Origin: an uncultured Actinomycetota bacterium
Lineage (GTDB): Bacteria; Actinomycetota; Actinomycetes; Propionibacteriales; Nocardioidaceae
DNA: 64,000 bases
Assembly: GCA_963721855.1 (NCBI GenBank)
Contig: CAVRMN010000043.1
Coordinates: 2,466 to 66,465 of the forward strand
Direction: 5' to 3'
The position numbers and the translations under genes were made by a program. This document shows, one piece after another, positions 29,774 to 44,826 of the stretch. Every line of letters begins with the position of its first letter. The stretch's first letter is position 1. The notes beneath the pieces are model-generated. The model did no database searches. It saw only the letters and a program-made list of their open reading frames with translations, and was not told the origin of the DNA.

Positions 29774-30970
29774 TCAGACTCCGGCGGCGGCCTTGAGGGC
29801 GTCGACCCGGTCGGTCCGCTCCCAGGTGAAGTCCGGCAGCTCGCGCCCGAAGTGGCCGTAGGCGGCCGTCTCGGCGTAGATCGGCCGGAGCAGGTCGAGG
29901 TCGCGGATGATCGCGGCGGGGCGCAGGTCGAACACCTCGAGCACCGCCTTCTGGATCGACGCGACCGGGACCGTCTCGGTGCCGAAGCAGTCGACGTAGA
30001 AGCCGACCGGCTGCGCCTTGCCGATCGCGTAGGCGACCTGCACCTCGCAGCGACGGGCCAGGCCCGCGGCGACGACGTTCTTGGCCACCCAGCGCATGGC
30101 GTACGCCGCCGAGCGGTCCACCTTCGACGGGTCCTTGCCGGAGAACGCACCGCCACCGTGACGGGCCATGCCGCCGTAGGTGTCGATGATGATCTTGCGA
30201 CCGGTCAGGCCGGCGTCGCCCATCGGGCCGCCGACCTCGAAGCGCCCGGTCGGGTTGACCAGCAGCCGGTAGTCGTCGGCCGGCAGGTCGAACTGCGCGA
30301 GCACGTGGTCCACGACGTGCTTGCGGATGTCGGGGGTGAGCATCGCGTCGAGGTCGATGTCGGCGGCGTGCTGGGTGGAGACCACGACGGTGTCGACGCG
30401 GACCGGGCGGTCGTCCTCGTCGTACTCGATGGTGACCTGGGTCTTGCCGTCGGGCCGCAGGTAGGACAGCGTCCCGTTCTTGCGGACCTCGGACAGCCGC
30501 TCGGCGAGCCGGTGGGCGATCATGATCGGCAGCGGCATCAGCTCGGGGGTGTCGTCGCAGGCGTAGCCGAACATCAGCCCCTGGTCGCCCGCGCCCTGGC
30601 GGTCGAGCGGGTCCGCGGACGACTCGCTGCGGTGCTCGTGCCCGGTGTCGACGCCCTGGGCGATGTCGCCGGACTGGCCGCCGATCGCGACCATCACGCC
30701 GCACGAGTGGCCGTCGAAGCCCTTGAGGGACGAGTCGTAGCCGATGGTGAGGATCCGCTTGCGGACGAGGTCCTTGATGTCGGCGTAGGCCTTGGTCGTG
30801 ACCTCGCCGGCGACCACGACGAGGCCGGTGGTGAGCAGCGTCTCGACCGCGACCCGGCTCGAGGGGTCCTGCCGCAGCAGCTCGTCGAGCACGGAGTCGC
30901 TGATCTGGTCAGCGATCTTGTCCGGGTGACCCTCGGTCACGGACTCGGAGGTGAAAAGGCGTCCGGCCAC
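29774..30970 (-). CDS. metK: S-adenosylmethionine synthetase
   Basis: [19 protein letters not shown] and GGGAFSGKD motifs. Confidence 0.98.
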   Translation of the reverse strand: MAGRLFTSESVTEGHPDKIADQISDSVLDELLRQDPSSRVAVETLLTTGLVVVAGEVTTKAYADIKDLVRKRILTIGYDSSLKGFDGHSCGVMVAIGGQSGDIAQGVDTGHEHRSESSADPLDRQGAGDQGLMFGYACDDTPELMPLPIMIAHRLAERLSEVRKNGTLSYLRPDGKTQVTIEYDEDDRPVRVDTVVVSTQHAADIDLDAMLTPDIRKHVVDHVLAQFDLPADDYRLLVNPTGRFEVGGPMGDAGLTGRKIIIDTYGGMARHGGGAFSGKDPSKVDRSAAYAMRWVAKNVVAAGLARRCEVQVAYAIGKAQPVGFYVDCFGTETVPVASIQKAVLEVFDLRPAAIIRDLDLLRPIYAETAAYGHFGRELPDFTWERTDRVDALKAAAGV

Positions 30971-31091
30971 GTCGTCGTACCCTCTCGCCGCGCCCTCACG
31001 GACGCGCTAGTCGATGGTGTTGAGCTTCTCTGAAGATAACCCGACATCCCAACAGGTGGGCAGCCGGTCTCACTCTGTGCCTGCGCCGGTC

Positions 31092-32345
31092 CTAGCCGAG
31101 GCGGGCTGTCACACGATCCCAGATGACCTGGGCGAGGGCCGACTTCGACCCGCGTGGGACGGGGGTGGATGCGCCCTCGGCGTCGAGCACGACGGCCTCG
31201 TTGTCCGGCGACCCGAAGACCTTGCCGCCGCTGACGTCGTTGACCACGAGCAGGTCGCAGCCCTTGCGGGCGAGCTTCGCCCGCGCGTGCTCGAGCACGC
31301 TGCCGCTGTCGTCCCCGGTCTCCGCGGCGAACCCGACGATGACGGACCCGGGACGGACCCGGTCGCGGGAGAGCTCGGCGAGGATGTCGGGGTTCTGGAC
31401 CAGCTGGAGGGCGGGCGCCGAGCCGTCCTCGGCCTTCTTGATCTTCGACTCCGCGGTCGTCGTGGGGCGGTAGTCGGCGGGAGCGGCGGCCATCACGACC
31501 ACGTCGGCGGTCGCCGCTGCGGTCAGCACCGCCTGACGCAGCTCGGCCGTCGTCTCGACCCGGACCACCTTGACCCCGGCGGGGTCCGGCAGCGCCACGT
31601 TGGCGGACACCAGCGTCACCTCGGCGCCACGCGCCGCCGCGGTGCGCGCGAGCGCGTAGCCCTGGAGGCCCGAGGAGCGGTTGCCGAGGAAGCGCACCGG
31701 GTCGAGGTACTCGCGGGTGCCGCCGGCGGAGACGACCACGTGGCGCCCGGCCAGGTCGAGCAGGCTGGGCGAGTCGGCCCGCGACAGCACGTCGCGGGCG
31801 ACCTCGAAGATCTCCGCGGGCTCCGGGAAGCGGCCCTTGCCGGTGTCGGCGCCGGTGAGGCGACCCTCGGCCGGCTCGATCACCAGCGCACCCCGGCGGC
31901 GCAGCGTGGCGACGTTGTCCTGGGTGGCCGGGTGCTCCCACATCTCGGTGTGCATCGCCGGGGCGAAGACCACCGGGCAGCGGGCGGTGAGCAGCGTGTT
32001 GGTGAGCAGGTCGTCGGCGAGGCCGTGCGCGGCCTTGGCCATCAGGTCCGCCGTCGCGGGGGCGACCAGCACCAGGTCGGCGGTCTGCCCGATCCGGACG
32101 TGCGGGACCTCGTGGACCGACTCCCAGACATCGGTCGACACCGGCTTGCCCGACAGGGCCGCCCAGGTGGGCGCACCGACGAACTCGAGTGCCGCCGCCG
32201 TCGGGACGACCGTCACGTCGTGTCCGGACTCGGTGAGCCGGCGGAGCAGCTCACAGGCCTTGTACGCAGCAATGCCGCCGCTCACCCCGAGGACTACCCG
32301 GGGGCGAGGGCGGTCTGCCTCTCCGTCAGCCAAGGGGCCGGCCAT
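31092..32345 (-). CDS. coaBC: Phosphopantothenoylcysteine decarboxylase/ligase
   Basis: GGIAAYK, PAMHTEM and DPVRFLGNRSSG motifs. Confidence 0.97.
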   Translation of the reverse strand: MAGPLADGEADRPRPRVVLGVSGGIAAYKACELLRRLTESGHDVTVVPTAAALEFVGAPTWAALSGKPVSTDVWESVHEVPHVRIGQTADLVLVAPATADLMAKAAHGLADDLLTNTLLTARCPVVFAPAMHTEMWEHPATQDNVATLRRRGALVIEPAEGRLTGADTGKGRFPEPAEIFEVARDVLSRADSPSLLDLAGRHVVVSAGGTREYLDPVRFLGNRSSGLQGYALARTAAARGAEVTLVSANVALPDPAGVKVVRVETTAELRQAVLTAAATADVVVMAAAPADYRPTTTAESKIKKAEDGSAPALQLVQNPDILAELSRDRVRPGSVIVGFAAETGDDSGSVLEHARAKLARKGCDLLVVNDVSGGKVFGSPDNEAVVLDAEGASTPVPRGSKSALAQVIWDRVTARLG

Positions 32346-32362
32346 GGCTGCGGGGTGGTGTC

Positions 32363-32659
32363 TCAGGCCTCGGTCGCCGCGTCGGCGGCGGCGGCCTCGG
32401 GGTCGATGTCCTCACAGGTGAGGAGGTCGGCGTTGATCTCGCGGAGCGCGATCGACAGCGGCTTCTCCTGCACGTGCGTGTCCACGAGGGGGCCGACGTA
32501 CTCGAGCAGGCCCTCGCCGAGCTGCGAGTAGTAGGCGTTGATCTGACGCGCCCGCTTGGCGCTGTAGAGGACCAGCTTGTACTTCGAGTCGGTCTTCGTC
32601 AGAAGCTCGTCGATGGGCGGGTTGGTGATGCCCTCGGCGACAGGTGCGGTTCCAGACAC
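32363..32659 (-). CDS. rpoZ: RNA polymerase omega subunit
   Basis: [22 protein letters not shown] and [11 protein letters not shown] motifs. Confidence 0.97.
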   Translation of the reverse strand: MSGTAPVAEGITNPPIDELLTKTDSKYKLVLYSAKRARQINAYYSQLGEGLLEYVGPLVDTHVQEKPLSIALREINADLLTCEDIDPEAAAADAATEA

Positions 32660-32671
32660 GCGGTTACGACC

Positions 32672-33271
32672 TCACGGTTCGTTGGGAAAGACGGGTGGAT
32701 TCTTCATCAAGGCTACCAACTCTTCGCTCGCGAGGTGAATCTCGGTGTTCACGATCGTCACGTCGAACTCCGACTCGGCCGCCATCTCCTCCCGCGCGGT
32801 CTCCAGGCGGCGCTCCCGCTCGGCCTCGGACTCGGTGCCGCGGCCGACCAGCCGGCGGACCAGCTCGTCCCAGCTCGGGGGCTTGAGGAACACGAACAGC
32901 GCGTCCGGCATGGTCGTCCGGACCTGCCGGGCGCCCTGGAGGTCGATCTCCAGCAGTGCCGGACGGCCCTGGGCGAGGGCGTCCTCGACGGGGATCCGGG
33001 GGGTGCCGTAGCGGGCGGCCTTGTGCACCACGGCCCACTCGAGCAGCTGGTCGTCGGCGACGAGCGCGTCGAACTCCTCGTCGGTGACGAAGAAGTAGTG
33101 GCGGCCGTGCACCTCCCCGGGGCGCGGCATCCGGGTGGTCACCGAGACCGAGATCCAGACCTCGGGGTGGTTCTTGCGGATGTCGGCCGCGACGCTGCCC
33201 TTGCCGACCGCGGTGGGACCGGCCAGCACGGTCAGCCGGGACCGGCCGCGTGCGGGGGCCGGATCAGCCAC
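32672..33271 (-). CDS. gmk: Guanylate kinase
   Basis: [17 protein letters not shown] and [11 protein letters not shown] motifs. Confidence 0.97.
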   Translation of the reverse strand: MADPAPARGRSRLTVLAGPTAVGKGSVAADIRKNHPEVWISVSVTTRMPRPGEVHGRHYFFVTDEEFDALVADDQLLEWAVVHKAARYGTPRIPVEDALAQGRPALLEIDLQGARQVRTTMPDALFVFLKPPSWDELVRRLVGRGTESEAERERRLETAREEMAAESEFDVTIVNTEIHLASEELVALMKNPPVFPNEP

Positions 33272-33584
33272 GCGCGCCGAACTCGCGCTCGAGGGCGGCG
33301 ATCTGGTTGGCGCCGAGGCCCCGCACGCGGCGGCTCTCGGAGATGCTCAGCCGCTCCATCATCTGGCGGGCGCGGACCTTGCCCAGACCCGGCATCGCCT
33401 GCAGCAGGTCGAGGACCCGCATCTTGCCGATGACCTCGTTCTCCTGGCCCTGGCGCAGCACGTCGACGATGGAGGCCCCTGAGTGCTTGAGCCGGTTCTT
33501 CACCTCGGCTCGCTCCCGGCGGGAGGCGGCGGCCTTCTCCAGGTTCGCCTGTCGCTGCTCCGGGGTGAGTTCCGGCAAAGCCAC
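33264..33584 (-). CDS. mihF: Actinobacterial integration host factor
   Basis: [11 protein letters not shown] and [10 protein letters not shown] motifs; located upstream of gmk. Confidence 0.96.
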   Translation of the reverse strand: MALPELTPEQRQANLEKAAASRRERAEVKNRLKHSGASIVDVLRQGQENEVIGKMRVLDLLQAMPGLGKVRARQMMERLSISESRRVRGLGANQIAALEREFGARG

Positions 33585-33693
33585 GGTGGGGACCTCGTCT
33601 GACTAGGGGGCGAATGAGCAGGATGCGGACAGGTCGCAATCTAGCCACCCGATGCGTCCACCTGCAACGCGCGACGCACGGGTGCGACAACCG

Positions 33694-34167
33694 TCACGGC
33701 GCGAGGCCGGAGCCGTTCAGGTCGACCTTGCAGACGTCGAGGGCGTGCTGCTCGATTCCGGCACCCGCCTCCACCACGCGGGTCGAGCGGAGCTCCACGG
33801 CGGCCGACGAGATCCGCTCGTAGTCGTCCTTGCTCATCCCGTCGGGCCGCTCGCCGTCGGTGAACATGCTCTCGTCGGCGCCGGCGTCGTGGAGCGCCTT
33901 CTCGAGGCCCTGGAGCGCGGTCACGTAGGTGTCCCACTCGTCGAGCACGTCGTCGGGAGCGTCGGCGCGCAGCCGCTCGAAGACGTCGATCGTCTCCGAC
34001 AGGTCGCCGTTGCCCGGGTCGTCCGCACCGGCCGAGAGGCTCTCGAGGGTCTTCTGCTCGTCCTCGAGGGTCGAGCAGTAGGTCTCCTGCTGGCTGGAGC
34101 AGCCGGCCAGCGGCAGCACCAGCAGCAGGAGGGCAGCCCCCAGGGCGCCCGCGCGGGCTCGCGGCAC
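33694..34167 (-). CDS. Putative lipoprotein
   Basis: Lipobox LAGC after hydrophobic ALLLLVLP; acidic helical body. Confidence 0.75.
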   Translation of the reverse strand: MPRARAGALGAALLLLVLPLAGCSSQQETYCSTLEDEQKTLESLSAGADDPGNGDLSETIDVFERLRADAPDDVLDEWDTYVTALQGLEKALHDAGADESMFTDGERPDGMSKDDYERISSAAVELRSTRVVEAGAGIEQHALDVCKVDLNGSGLAP

Positions 34168-34168
34168 G

Positions 34169-36226
34169 TCAGCCCGCCAGGCCGCGGCGGCGCAGCAGCG
34201 GCGTCGTGCTCGGCGCGCTGCCGCGGATGGACGTGAACGCCTCGATCGGGTCGACGGCGCCGCCCCGCGACAGCAGCCGCGCACGGAACACGTCGCCGTT
34301 CGCACGGGTCAGCCCGCCGCTCTCGGTGAACCAGTCGACCATGTCGGCGTCGAGCACCTCGCTCCACAGGTAGGAGTAGTAGCCCGCGTCGTAGCCGTTG
34401 GTGAACGCGTGCGCGAAGTAGCCGCTGCGGTAGCGCGGAGGCACCAGGTCGGAGAGCACGCCGTGCCGCTCGAGCGCGGCCGCCTCGAACGCCTCGACGT
34501 CCTCCGGCGCCACGGGCGCGGCGCCGGGGGCCAGCCGGTGCCACTCGTGGTCGAGCAGCGCCGCGCCGAGCATGGCGACGGTGTCGAAGCCCATCCCGGC
34601 GCTCTGCGAGGCGATCAGCCGGTCGGCGACGTCCTGGGCCAGGGGCTCGCCGGTCTGGTGGTGCCGGGCGTAGCTGGCCAGCACCTCGGGCCAGAACTGC
34701 CACATCTCGTTGACCTGGGAGGGGAACTCCACGAAGTCGCGCGGCGTCTCGGTGCCGGCGATCCGCGCGTAGGTCACGTCGGAGAAGAGCCCGTGCAGCG
34801 CGTGGCCGAACTCGTGGAACGCGGTGCGCACCTCGTCGACGGTCATCAGCGCGGGCTGGCCCTCCGCGGGCGGGGGCACGTTGAGGCACACCACGACGAC
34901 GGGACGCTGGCCGAGCAGGTGCGTCTGCGTGACGAACTCGTCCATCCAGGCACCGCCGCGCTTGGTCGGCCGGGCGAACCAGTCGCAGACGAACAGGCCG
35001 AGCGTCGAGCCGTCGTGGTCGAAGACCTCGTAGACGCGGACGTCGGGCGCGTAGGCCGGCAGGTCGTGCCGCTCGGCGAACGTCAGCCCGTAGAGCTTCT
35101 CGGCGGCGTGGAAGACGCCGTCGCGCAGCACCCGGTCGAGGGAGAAGTAGGGCCGGAGCGCGGCGGTGTCGACGTCGTACGTCGCGGCCTTCACCCTGGC
35201 CGCGTAGTAGGACCAGTCCCACGGCTGGACCGGTCCGTCGACGCCGTCGGCGCGCATCGCGGCCTCGATGTCGGCGCGCTCCTGCTCGAGGTTGCGCATC
35301 GCCGGAGCCGCCATCGCGTCGAGCATCTCGGTCACGGCAGCGGTGGTGCCCGCGGTCTGGTCGGCGACCACGTAGGAGGCGTGGTCGGGGTAGCCGAGGA
35401 GCCCGGCCCGCTCGGCGCGCAGGGCGGCGATCCTCGTGATCAGCGCGCGGGTGTCGTGCGGTCCCCCGCGCAGGCCGCGGGTCGTGGACGCCTCGTGCAG
35501 CTGCCTGCGCAGGTCGCGGTCGCGCAGCGAGGAGAGGGCCGGCTGGATCGTCGGGGACAGCAGGGTGAGCACGTAGCCGTCGAGGTCACGCTCCTTGGCG
35601 GCGAGCGCGGCGGACTCGATGGCGTCGTCGGAGAGCCCGGCGAGCCGGTCCCGGTCGGTGACGTGCACGGCGCCGGCGTTGGCGGCCGCGAGCAGGGTGG
35701 TGCCGAACTGCGTGGTCGCCCGGGAGATCTCCTCGTTGAGCTCGCGCAGGCGCTGCTGCTGCTCGGGCGCCAGCGAGGCGCCGGCACGGACGAAGTCGGT
35801 GTGGTGCCGCTCCACGAGCCGGCGCTGCTCCTCGGTCAGGCCGGCCTCCTCCCGCTGCGCGTGCACGGCGTCGACCCGGGCGAACAGCGCCGCGTTCAGC
35901 AGCACCGCGTCGGAGTGCGCGGAGTAGGCCGGCATCACGGCCGCCTCGAGCTCCTGCATCTCGGGGCCGGCCATCGAGTTGGCCATCTCGTAGAAGACCC
36001 GCATGGTGCGGTCGAGCAGCCGACCGGACCGCTCGAGCGCCTCGATGGTGTTCTCGAACGTCGCGGGAGCGGGGTCGGCGGTGATCGCGTCGATCTCCGC
36101 GAGGTGCTCGGCGACGCCGGCGTCGAACGCGGGTCGGTAGTGCTCGTGGCGGATCGCGTCGAAGGGTGGGAACGCGAACGGCAACGTGCTGGGGGCGGCG
36201 AAGGGGTTGGTCTCGTCGAGGGCCAT
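34169..36226 (-). CDS. dcp: M3-family metallopeptidase (peptidyl-dipeptidase Dcp)
   Basis: HEFGHALH zinc motif; KRGGAWM, DFVEFPSQ and AGYYSYLW motifs. Confidence 0.92.
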   Translation of the reverse strand: MALDETNPFAAPSTLPFAFPPFDAIRHEHYRPAFDAGVAEHLAEIDAITADPAPATFENTIEALERSGRLLDRTMRVFYEMANSMAGPEMQELEAAVMPAYSAHSDAVLLNAALFARVDAVHAQREEAGLTEEQRRLVERHHTDFVRAGASLAPEQQQRLRELNEEISRATTQFGTTLLAAANAGAVHVTDRDRLAGLSDDAIESAALAAKERDLDGYVLTLLSPTIQPALSSLRDRDLRRQLHEASTTRGLRGGPHDTRALITRIAALRAERAGLLGYPDHASYVVADQTAGTTAAVTEMLDAMAAPAMRNLEQERADIEAAMRADGVDGPVQPWDWSYYAARVKAATYDVDTAALRPYFSLDRVLRDGVFHAAEKLYGLTFAERHDLPAYAPDVRVYEVFDHDGSTLGLFVCDWFARPTKRGGAWMDEFVTQTHLLGQRPVVVVCLNVPPPAEGQPALMTVDEVRTAFHEFGHALHGLFSDVTYARIAGTETPRDFVEFPSQVNEMWQFWPEVLASYARHHQTGEPLAQDVADRLIASQSAGMGFDTVAMLGAALLDHEWHRLAPGAAPVAPEDVEAFEAAALERHGVLSDLVPPRYRSGYFAHAFTNGYDAGYYSYLWSEVLDADMVDWFTESGGLTRANGDVFRARLLSRGGAVDPIEAFTSIRGSAPSTTPLLRRRGLAG

Positions 36227-36241
36227 GCGCACAGTTCTACC

Positions 36242-37063
36242 TCACCCCAGGGACGAGAAGGAGTCCGCGGCACGCAGGGCTGCCTCGTGCAGGGCGCTCT
36301 TGTCGGGGCCGGCACCGAGGACCTCGCGCGAGCTGCTCGGCAGCACGTTGCGGGCGGCCGGCCCGAAGATCCGTCGTACGTCGTCCACGGTGCCGCCCTG
36401 CGCGCCGATCCCGGGCACCAGCAGCGGCCCGTTCACGTCGAGGTTCTCCGACGTCTCCCCGATCGTGGCCCCGACGACCGCGCCCACCGAGCCGAGGTCC
36501 TCGGCGTCCACGTTGAGCGAGGCCACCGCGTCCAGCACGGTGCCGGCGACGGTGCGCCCGTCGGCCGTGGTGGCGTGCTGGAACTGCGGGCCCTCCGGGT
36601 TGGAGGTCAGCGCGAGCACGAACACCCCGGCCCCGTGGCGCAGCGCGGTGTCGACCATCGGCTCCAGCGACCCCACCCCGAGGAACGGGCTGACGGTGAT
36701 CGCGTCGCTGGCGAGGGGGCTGTTCGGGTCGAGGTAGGCGTCGGCGTAGGCCTGGGCGGTGCTGCCGATGTCACCGCGCTTGACGTCGAGCAGCACGATC
36801 GCGCCGAGCTCGCGGCAGCCGGCGATGACCTTCTCCAGGACGGCGATGCCGGCCGAGCCGTGCCGCTCGAAGAACGCCGACTGCGGCTTGACCACCGCGG
36901 CAGTCCCGGCGATCGCCTCGACGGTCGTCATCGCGAACTTCTCGAGCCCGAACGCCGAGTCGGTGAGCCCCCAGGCGTCGAGCAGCGCGGGGTGCGGGTC
37001 GATGCCGACACAGAGGCGGCCCCGGCCGTCGATGGCGTCGCGGAGCCTGCTGCCGAACGTCAT
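36242..37063 (-). CDS. pyrF: Orotidine-5'-phosphate decarboxylase
   Basis: LCVGIDP, DVKRGDIGST and PGIGAQGG motifs. Confidence 0.97.
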   Translation of the reverse strand: MTFGSRLRDAIDGRGRLCVGIDPHPALLDAWGLTDSAFGLEKFAMTTVEAIAGTAAVVKPQSAFFERHGSAGIAVLEKVIAGCRELGAIVLLDVKRGDIGSTAQAYADAYLDPNSPLASDAITVSPFLGVGSLEPMVDTALRHGAGVFVLALTSNPEGPQFQHATTADGRTVAGTVLDAVASLNVDAEDLGSVGAVVGATIGETSENLDVNGPLLVPGIGAQGGTVDDVRRIFGPAARNVLPSSSREVLGAGPDKSALHEAALRAADSFSSLG

Positions 37064-37983
37064 GGGTGGTTCCCTTCGGGTGGGTGGTGGCCGACGCCGA
37101 CGAGGTCGGCGGGGCTGTCGATGCCGCGGGCCGCGAGCTCCTGGCGGAGCTCGTCGGCGACCCGCTGCGGCGCGGAGGGGTCGTGGAACAGGATGCTGCC
37201 GAGCTGCACCGCGGTCGCGCCGGCGAGCAGCATCTGGACGACGTCGAAGCCGCTGCGCACTCCCCCGACCCCGACGACCGGGACGTCCGGGAGGGTGGCG
37301 TGGACCTCCCAGACGCAGCGCAGCGCCTGGGCGAGCACGGCGGGGCCGCTGACCGCGCCGGTGCCCGCGCCGAGGACGGGCCGCAGCGTGCCCGGGTCGA
37401 ACAGGATGCCGGGGAAGCCGTGCACCAGCACGACCGCGTCGGCGCCGTTCTTGACGACCGCCCGGGCCACGTCGGCGACCCCGGGCCGGGGGCTGAGCTT
37501 GGCCAGCACGGCGACGCCGCGCGGCACGTCACGGCGTACGACGTGCAGCACCTTCCCGGCCTGGTAGGGGTCGGCGTCGAGGCCGGCGAGGTTGACCTCC
37601 ACCCCGGACACGCCGGGGCTGTTCCCGAGGCGGCGGGCCAGCTCGCCGTACTCCCCCAGCGACGTCCCCGTGATCGACACGACGGTCCGCACCTTCTGCT
37701 GCGCCAGCCAGGGCAGCTCGGAGGCCAGGAAGCCCTGCAGGCCGGGGTTCTGCAGGCCGGTGTCGGCGAGCACGCCGGCGGGCGTGTCCACGACCCTGGG
37801 GACCGGGGAGCCGGCGCGCGCGTCGAGGGTGATCGTGCGGGTGGTGAAGGCGCCGAGGGCGGCGAGGTCGAGGTACGGCGCCAGCTCGCGTCCGGTGCCG
37901 GCGCAGCCCGCGGCCGTCATCACCGGGGTCGGCATCGTCAGCCCGGCCAGCGTCGTGGTGAGGTCACTCGTGGGGTGAGTCAT
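37060..37983 (-). CDS. Dihydroorotate dehydrogenase class 1B-like catalytic subunit with degenerate active site
   Basis: PVMTAAGC, GLQNPG, AKLSP, VSGPA and LLAGATAVQLG motifs; lacks the N-x-SCPN loop (EVNLAGLD instead). Confidence 0.75.
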   Translation of the reverse strand: MTHPTSDLTTTLAGLTMPTPVMTAAGCAGTGRELAPYLDLAALGAFTTRTITLDARAGSPVPRVVDTPAGVLADTGLQNPGLQGFLASELPWLAQQKVRTVVSITGTSLGEYGELARRLGNSPGVSGVEVNLAGLDADPYQAGKVLHVVRRDVPRGVAVLAKLSPRPGVADVARAVVKNGADAVVLVHGFPGILFDPGTLRPVLGAGTGAVSGPAVLAQALRCVWEVHATLPDVPVVGVGGVRSGFDVVQMLLAGATAVQLGSILFHDPSAPQRVADELRQELAARGIDSPADLVGVGHHPPEGNHP

Positions 37984-38837
37984 CGGGCGTCCTCGGGGAC
38001 GGTGCCGAGGTCGGCCCAGCGGACCCGGTCGCCGCGGAGCACCGGCCCCTCGGTGCAGGCGCGCACCATGCGGGTGACGCCGTCCTCGCCCACCACGGGA
38101 AGGGTGCAGCCGTGGCAGACGCCGGTGCCACAGGGCATCGGCAGGTCGAGCAGGGTCTGGCTCCAGGCCCCGTGCCGCTCGGCAGCGGCCGCGACGGCGT
38201 GCAGGGTCGCCACCGGTGCGCTCGCGTAGACGACGTCGGCCTCGGTGCGCGACAGCAGGTCGGGCAGCGCGTCGGCCACCGTGCCGGCGATCCCGACCGA
38301 CCCGTCCTCGGTGGTGACCGTGACGCCGCGGGTGGCCCGGCGTGCCTCGAGCGCGCCGAAGAGATGGGCCTCGGTGCGGCCGCCGATCAGCATGTGCACG
38401 GCGCAGCCCCGGTCGCGCAGCCGCTCGGCGAGGCTGAACAGCGGGGCGCTGCCCGCGCCGTCGCCGACCAGCACGCAGGTCACGGCCTCCTTCGGCAGCG
38501 CGAAGGGCCGGCCCAGCGGTCCGACGACCCCGAGGCCGGTGCCGGCCGGGGCGGTGGCCAGCCACTGCGTCGCCGGGTCGGTCGCGGTGAGCACGATCTC
38601 CACGGTGCCGCCGTACGCCCCGGTCGCCCGGACCCGGTGGATCGGGAGCGTGACGCGGGTGACGCGGTCGGACAGCGCGCCGCCCACCGACAGCGCGACG
38701 ACGTTGCCGGGCCGGAACCGCTCGGCGACGCCCGGTGCTACCAGGGTGAGGTGGTGGTGCGCGCCGACGCGCTTGACGCTCAGCACCTCCCCCGTGACCT
38801 GGACGGCCCCCGTCGTCTGCGCCCCCGGTGCCGTCAT
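37980..38837 (-). CDS. pyrK: Dihydroorotate dehydrogenase electron-transfer subunit (FAD, 2Fe-2S)
   Basis: GPLGRPF, TEDGSVG and [11 protein letters not shown]...RACTEGPV motifs. Confidence 0.85.
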   Translation of the reverse strand: MTAPGAQTTGAVQVTGEVLSVKRVGAHHHLTLVAPGVAERFRPGNVVALSVGGALSDRVTRVTLPIHRVRATGAYGGTVEIVLTATDPATQWLATAPAGTGLGVVGPLGRPFALPKEAVTCVLVGDGAGSAPLFSLAERLRDRGCAVHMLIGGRTEAHLFGALEARRATRGVTVTTEDGSVGIAGTVADALPDLLSRTEADVVYASAPVATLHAVAAAAERHGAWSQTLLDLPMPCGTGVCHGCTLPVVGEDGVTRMVRACTEGPVLRGDRVRWADLGTVPEDAR

Positions 38838-39897
38838 CGTCCGGCCAGCTCCCGCTGCACCGTGGTGGGCCAGCCGGCTCCTTCGTAGACGAACGCGGTG
38901 TAGGCCTGGAGCAGCGTCGCGCCGGCGTCGAGCCGCTCACGGGCGTCCGCGGCGTTGCCGATCCCGCCGACGGCGATGACCGTCATCTCGTCACCGACCC
39001 GGTCACGGACCAGGCGCAGCACCTCGAGGGCCCGTGCCTTCAGCGGCGCCCCGGAGAGGCCCCCGGCGCCGGCCCGGACGACCTCCTCGGGCGTGGACCT
39101 CAGGCCGTCGCGGCTGATCGTGGTGTTGGTGGCGACGATGCCGTCGAGCCCGAGCTCGGTGGCGAGGTCCGCGACCGCGAGCACGTCCTCGTCGGACAGG
39201 TCGGGCGCGATCTTCACCAGCAGCGGCACGTGGGTGTCGGTGACCGCGTCGGCCTGGCGGCGTACGGCCTGGAGCAGCGGGCGCAGCCGCTCGACGGACT
39301 GCAGGTCGCGCAGGCCGGGCGTGTTGGGCGAGCTCACGTTGACGACCAGGTAGTGCGCGTAGGGGGCGAGCAGCCGCGTGGACTTCTCGTAGTCCTCGAT
39401 CACCGCGTCGGCGTCGGCCTCGGGCACCGCCTTGGTCTTGCCGATGTTGACGCCGACGATGACGTCGCGACCGCGGCGCTTGAGCTTGAGCTTGCGCTTG
39501 GCGAGCCGCTCGGCGACGACCTCGGCGCCGTCGTTGTTGAAGCCCATCCGGTTGACGACCGCACGGTCCTTCGGGAGCCGGAAGAGCCGCGGGGTGGGGT
39601 TGCCGGGCTGCGGCTCGCCGGTGACGGTGCCGACCTCGACGAACGAGAAGCCGAGCGCGGCGAGCGCGTCGATCCCCTCGGCGTTCTTGTCGAAGCCGGC
39701 GGCCAGCCCGAGCGGTCCGGGGAACTCCAGGCCCAGCGCCTTCACGGGGGTCCGGTCGTCCCGGGACCTCCGCTGGTCGAGCTTGTCGCGACCCGCCAGC
39801 AGCGGGCGGCCGGCCCGGAGCGCGGCGAAGCCGACCTTGTGGGCGGTCTCGGCGTCGACCCGGACCGCGACGTGGTCGAACAGCCAGCGGTAGGCCG

Positions 39898-39901
<4 letters not shown>
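38834..39901 (-). CDS. pyrD: Quinone-dependent dihydroorotate dehydrogenase (class 2)
   Basis: [33 protein letters not shown] and GGLSG motifs; GTG start at 39901. Confidence 0.96.
39772..39793. repeat. REP-like palindrome inside pyrD (GCTGGTCGAGCTTGTCGCGACC)
   Basis: 19/22 identical to the ribE copy; encodes GRDKLDQ in the linker after the N-terminal helices. Confidence 0.7.
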
Positions 39902-43190
<3,289 letters not shown>

Positions 43191-43191
<1 letters not shown>

Positions 43192-44309
43192 CAGTTGGCC
43201 TCCATCAGGTCGCAGAACCGGTCGAAGAGGTACGCCGCGTCGTGCGGTCCGGCCGCGGCCTCCGGGTGGTACTGCACCGAGAACGCCTTGAGGGCGCCGG
43301 TGTCGTCACGGAGCTCGAGCCCCTCGACCACGTCGTCGTTGAGGCAGACGTGGCTGACCGTGGCCTCGCCGTACTCCGTCCTGGTCGGTTCGTCCAGGGG
43401 AGCATCGACGGCGAAGCCGTGGTTGTGCGCGGTGACCTCGACCTTGCCGGTGGTGCGGTCCATCACCGGCTGGTTGATGCCTCGGTGGCCGTACTTCAGC
43501 TTGAACGTGCCGAAGCCGAGCGCCCGGCCGAACAGCTGGTTGCCGAAGCAGATCCCGAAGTAGGGCACGCCGCGGCCCAGCAGCGACCGGAGCAGCTCGA
43601 CCTGGTGGGTCGTGGCCGCCGGGTCGCCCGGGCCGTTGGAGAAGAACACCCCGTCGGGCTGCACGGCGAGCACCTCGTCGACGCTGGAGAGCGCCGGCAT
43701 CACGTGCACCTCGATGCCGCGCTCGGCCATCATCCGCGGGGTGTTGCTCTTGATGCCGAGGTCGACGGCGGCCACGGTGAACCGCTTCTCCCCCACCGCG
43801 GGCACGACGTAGGTCTCGTTGGTCGACACCTCACCGGCCAGCTCGGAGCCGGCCATCTCGGCGGACTCCAGCACCCGGCGCAGCAGCGCCTCGGGGTCGG
43901 TCTCGGTGGTGGAGATGCCCACGCGCATGGCGCCGCGCTCGCGCAGGTGGCGGGTCAGCGCCCGGGTGTCGATCCCGGAGATGCCGACGACGCCCTGCTC
44001 GCGGAGCGCGTCGTCGAGGCTGCGGGTCGAGCGCCAGTTCGACGGCACGCGGGCGGGGTCGCGCACGACGTAGCCGCTCACCCAGATCTTGCGCGACTCC
44101 GGGTCCTCGTCGTTCATGCCGGTGTTGCCGACGTGCGGCGCGGTCATCACCACGACCTGGCGGTGGTACGACGGGTCGGTCAGCGTCTCCTGGTAGCCGG
44201 TCATGCCGGTGGAGAAGACCGCCTCGCCGAAGGTCTCGCCCTCGGCACCGTAGGCCTCGCCGTGGAAGGTGCGGCCGTCCTCGAGGACGAGCAGTGCGGG
44301 CGTGCTCAT
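43191..44309 (-). CDS. carA: Carbamoyl-phosphate synthase small subunit
   Basis: [26 protein letters not shown] and QYHPE motifs. Confidence 0.98.
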
Positions 44310-44826
44310 GCGTTCTCCTTCGGCCATCTTGCGAGATCGCTCGGATCCAGGTGTTGTGGGCCTCGGTCACGCCCTTGTCCTGCACGGCCTCGTCGGTGAG
44401 CCGGAAGCCGGTGTCGAGCGTGAGGTCCCCGTGCTGCCAGGTGACGACCAGCAGGCCGTGCGGCGGCACGACCTTGCCGGCGATGCCCTGGTCGTGCCGG
44501 GCGCCGCGCAGCGCGGAGGCGGGGATGCGGAACGACCCGGCCAGCCGGATCACGTCCAGCCCCTCGCCGGACAGGTTCAGCCGGCAGCCGCTGCGGGCGC
44601 CGAGCCCGTGCGCCACCACGCGGTCGAGCCAGTCGCCGCTGACCGTGGTGCCGAAGTAGCGGGCTCCCCCGACCAGCTTGGCCTCGGGCAGGTCGGCGAC
44701 GGACGGCGCGGCCACCAGCGGCGGCAGGTCGTGCTTCCGCCCGCGCTTGCGCCAGCCGCGCCACATCGCCAGGTAGGCGAGCAGCAGGACGGCGACCAGG
44801 ACGAGGACGGATTCCCAGGTGCTCAT
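44306..44826 (-). CDS. Conserved actinobacterial membrane-anchored protein between pyrC and carA
   Basis: N-terminal TM then [18 protein letters not shown] and LDTGFR; coupled by ATGA overlaps. Confidence 0.8.

Noticed and set aside
30971-31091. Possible SAM riboswitch upstream of metK
   Set aside because: No SAM-I or SAM-IV core motifs recognised; only a -10-like TATCTT and a short hairpin.
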